Below, piece after piece: positions 27,905 through 28,712 of a stretch of DNA of 28,712 bases. The notes under the pieces were generated by a model. It searched no databases. It was not told where the DNA came from and saw only the letters and a program-made list of their open reading frames with translations. Where the stretch lies: the NCBI GenBank assembly GCA_900550505.1, contig URSI01000001.1:1-28712 (forward strand), written 5' to 3'. The DNA comes from an uncultured Eubacteriales bacterium. Lineage in GTDB: Bacteria > Bacillota > Clostridia > Oscillospirales > CAG-382. Made by a program: the position numbers and the translations under genes. Position 1 is the first letter of the stretch. Each line of letters begins with the position of its first letter.

Positions 27905-28712
27905 AAAGCTCAGAGGCGTCCTTCAGAAGATAGGCAATGCGATATCCGGATCGGCACCGGCACGGCTTCTGACTTCGGGAGATGTCGTAAACGAAAAACT
28001 GGCACGGTCGGTGCTGCTGACGGGTTTGAGCCGCAGCGCAGCCGCAAGGTGGCTGCGTGCTTTGAGACTTTCTGTCGCGGTGAAAATTGAAAAAAAGTCA
28101 GTGTTTGCGCCGTTTTATACCGTGGTGCGCGGGCTGCTCGATGCTTCCGCAAGAGTATACGGAACGTATTTTATAACCTTTGCACTGTATACTGCTGCGG
28201 TGTTTTCCACACGACTTTTTGCGCTGGATATGTATGACGTCAGGTCTGAAGATCCGATAATTGCCGGATTCATGCTGCTGGCGGGACTGATGCTGATGAT
28301 GTCCGACAGACCTGTCGCGGAACTATTGAGGAGCAGTTTCTTCGGGCGCTGGTTCCTTGTACGGGTGATCGGTGTAAGACCCGTGGTCATGAAGTCGGTA
28401 AAACGCAGCGGCGGCGCATGGGTCGCTTTCATGCTCGGCACGGTTTGCGGATTGCTCACCGCGGTATGTTCGCCGCTCTTCGTACTTTTGTGGGTCGTGA
28501 TCGCGGTTTTTGGCATTTTGGTGTTGTGTGCTCCTGAATGCGGGGTCACCTTATCGCTGATGGCGATGCCTTTTTTGGAGGACTGGCAGATAGGCTGCGT
28601 GATATGTTTCGTTTTGGCGGGGTACCTGTTGAAAGTGCTCCGGTTCAAACGCAATTTTACCTTAAGAGCCGCCGACATCCTGCTGCTGATTTTTTCTGCG
28701 GCGATATTCATT
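27894..28712 (+). CDS. Polytopic membrane protein, 3'-partial; possibly the N-terminal part of an O-antigen-ligase-family protein
   Basis: My translation from ATG 27894 (MDGKKLRGVLQKIG...) stays open for 273 codons to the window end, with several hydrophobic segments and ...APECGVTLSLMAMPFL...YLLKVLRFKRNF...D. It is absent from the ORF track because it has no stop. The family guess is tentative. Confidence 0.7.
   Translation, partial: MDGKKLRGVLQKIGNAISGSAPARLLTSGDVVNEKLARSVLLTGLSRSAAARWLRALRLSVAVKIEKKSVFAPFYTVVRGLLDASARVYGTYFITFALYTAAVFSTRLFALDMYDVRSEDPIIAGFMLLAGLMLMMSDRPVAELLRSSFFGRWFLVRVIGVRPVVMKSVKRSGGAWVAFMLGTVCGLLTAVCSPLFVLLWVVIAVFGILVLCAPECGVTLSLMAMPFLEDWQIGCVICFVLAGYLLKVLRFKRNFTLRAADILLLIFSAAIFI

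Noticed and set aside
28115..28711. 198-aa minus-strand ORF
   Set aside because: It is antisense to the more plausible plus-strand membrane protein starting at 27894.

Overview
The window joins two unrelated genome segments at about 6,740-6,750. Left (1-~6,747): a very GC-rich, Klebsiella-like enterobacterial segment. It holds a tandem REP/BIME array and a minus-strand operon: SDR (5'-truncated), FAD oxidoreductase, DUF1365, cfa-like methyltransferase, DUF2878, chalcone-isomerase-like protein, DUF3833 lipoprotein and ybgA. This resembles the photo-oxidative-stress / furan-fatty-acid (ufaD/ufaO/ufaM) cluster. Right (~6,748-28,712): a Clostridia-like (Bacillota) segment. It holds a 5'-truncated addA, a spoVB-like flippase, glyA, an unknown lipoprotein and an argG-H-C-J-B-D-F operon ending in a 1,338-aa CarB-DapF fusion, then an orphan metal ABC binding lipoprotein, a patatin-like gene, rimM, trmD and a membrane protein that runs off the end. 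The most interesting signal is the CarB-DapF fusion: its epimerase domain lacks the first catalytic Cys (MCGNG to MAGNS), no carA is present, and several conserved CarB motifs are eroded. All family calls come from motif recognition by eye, not database searches.
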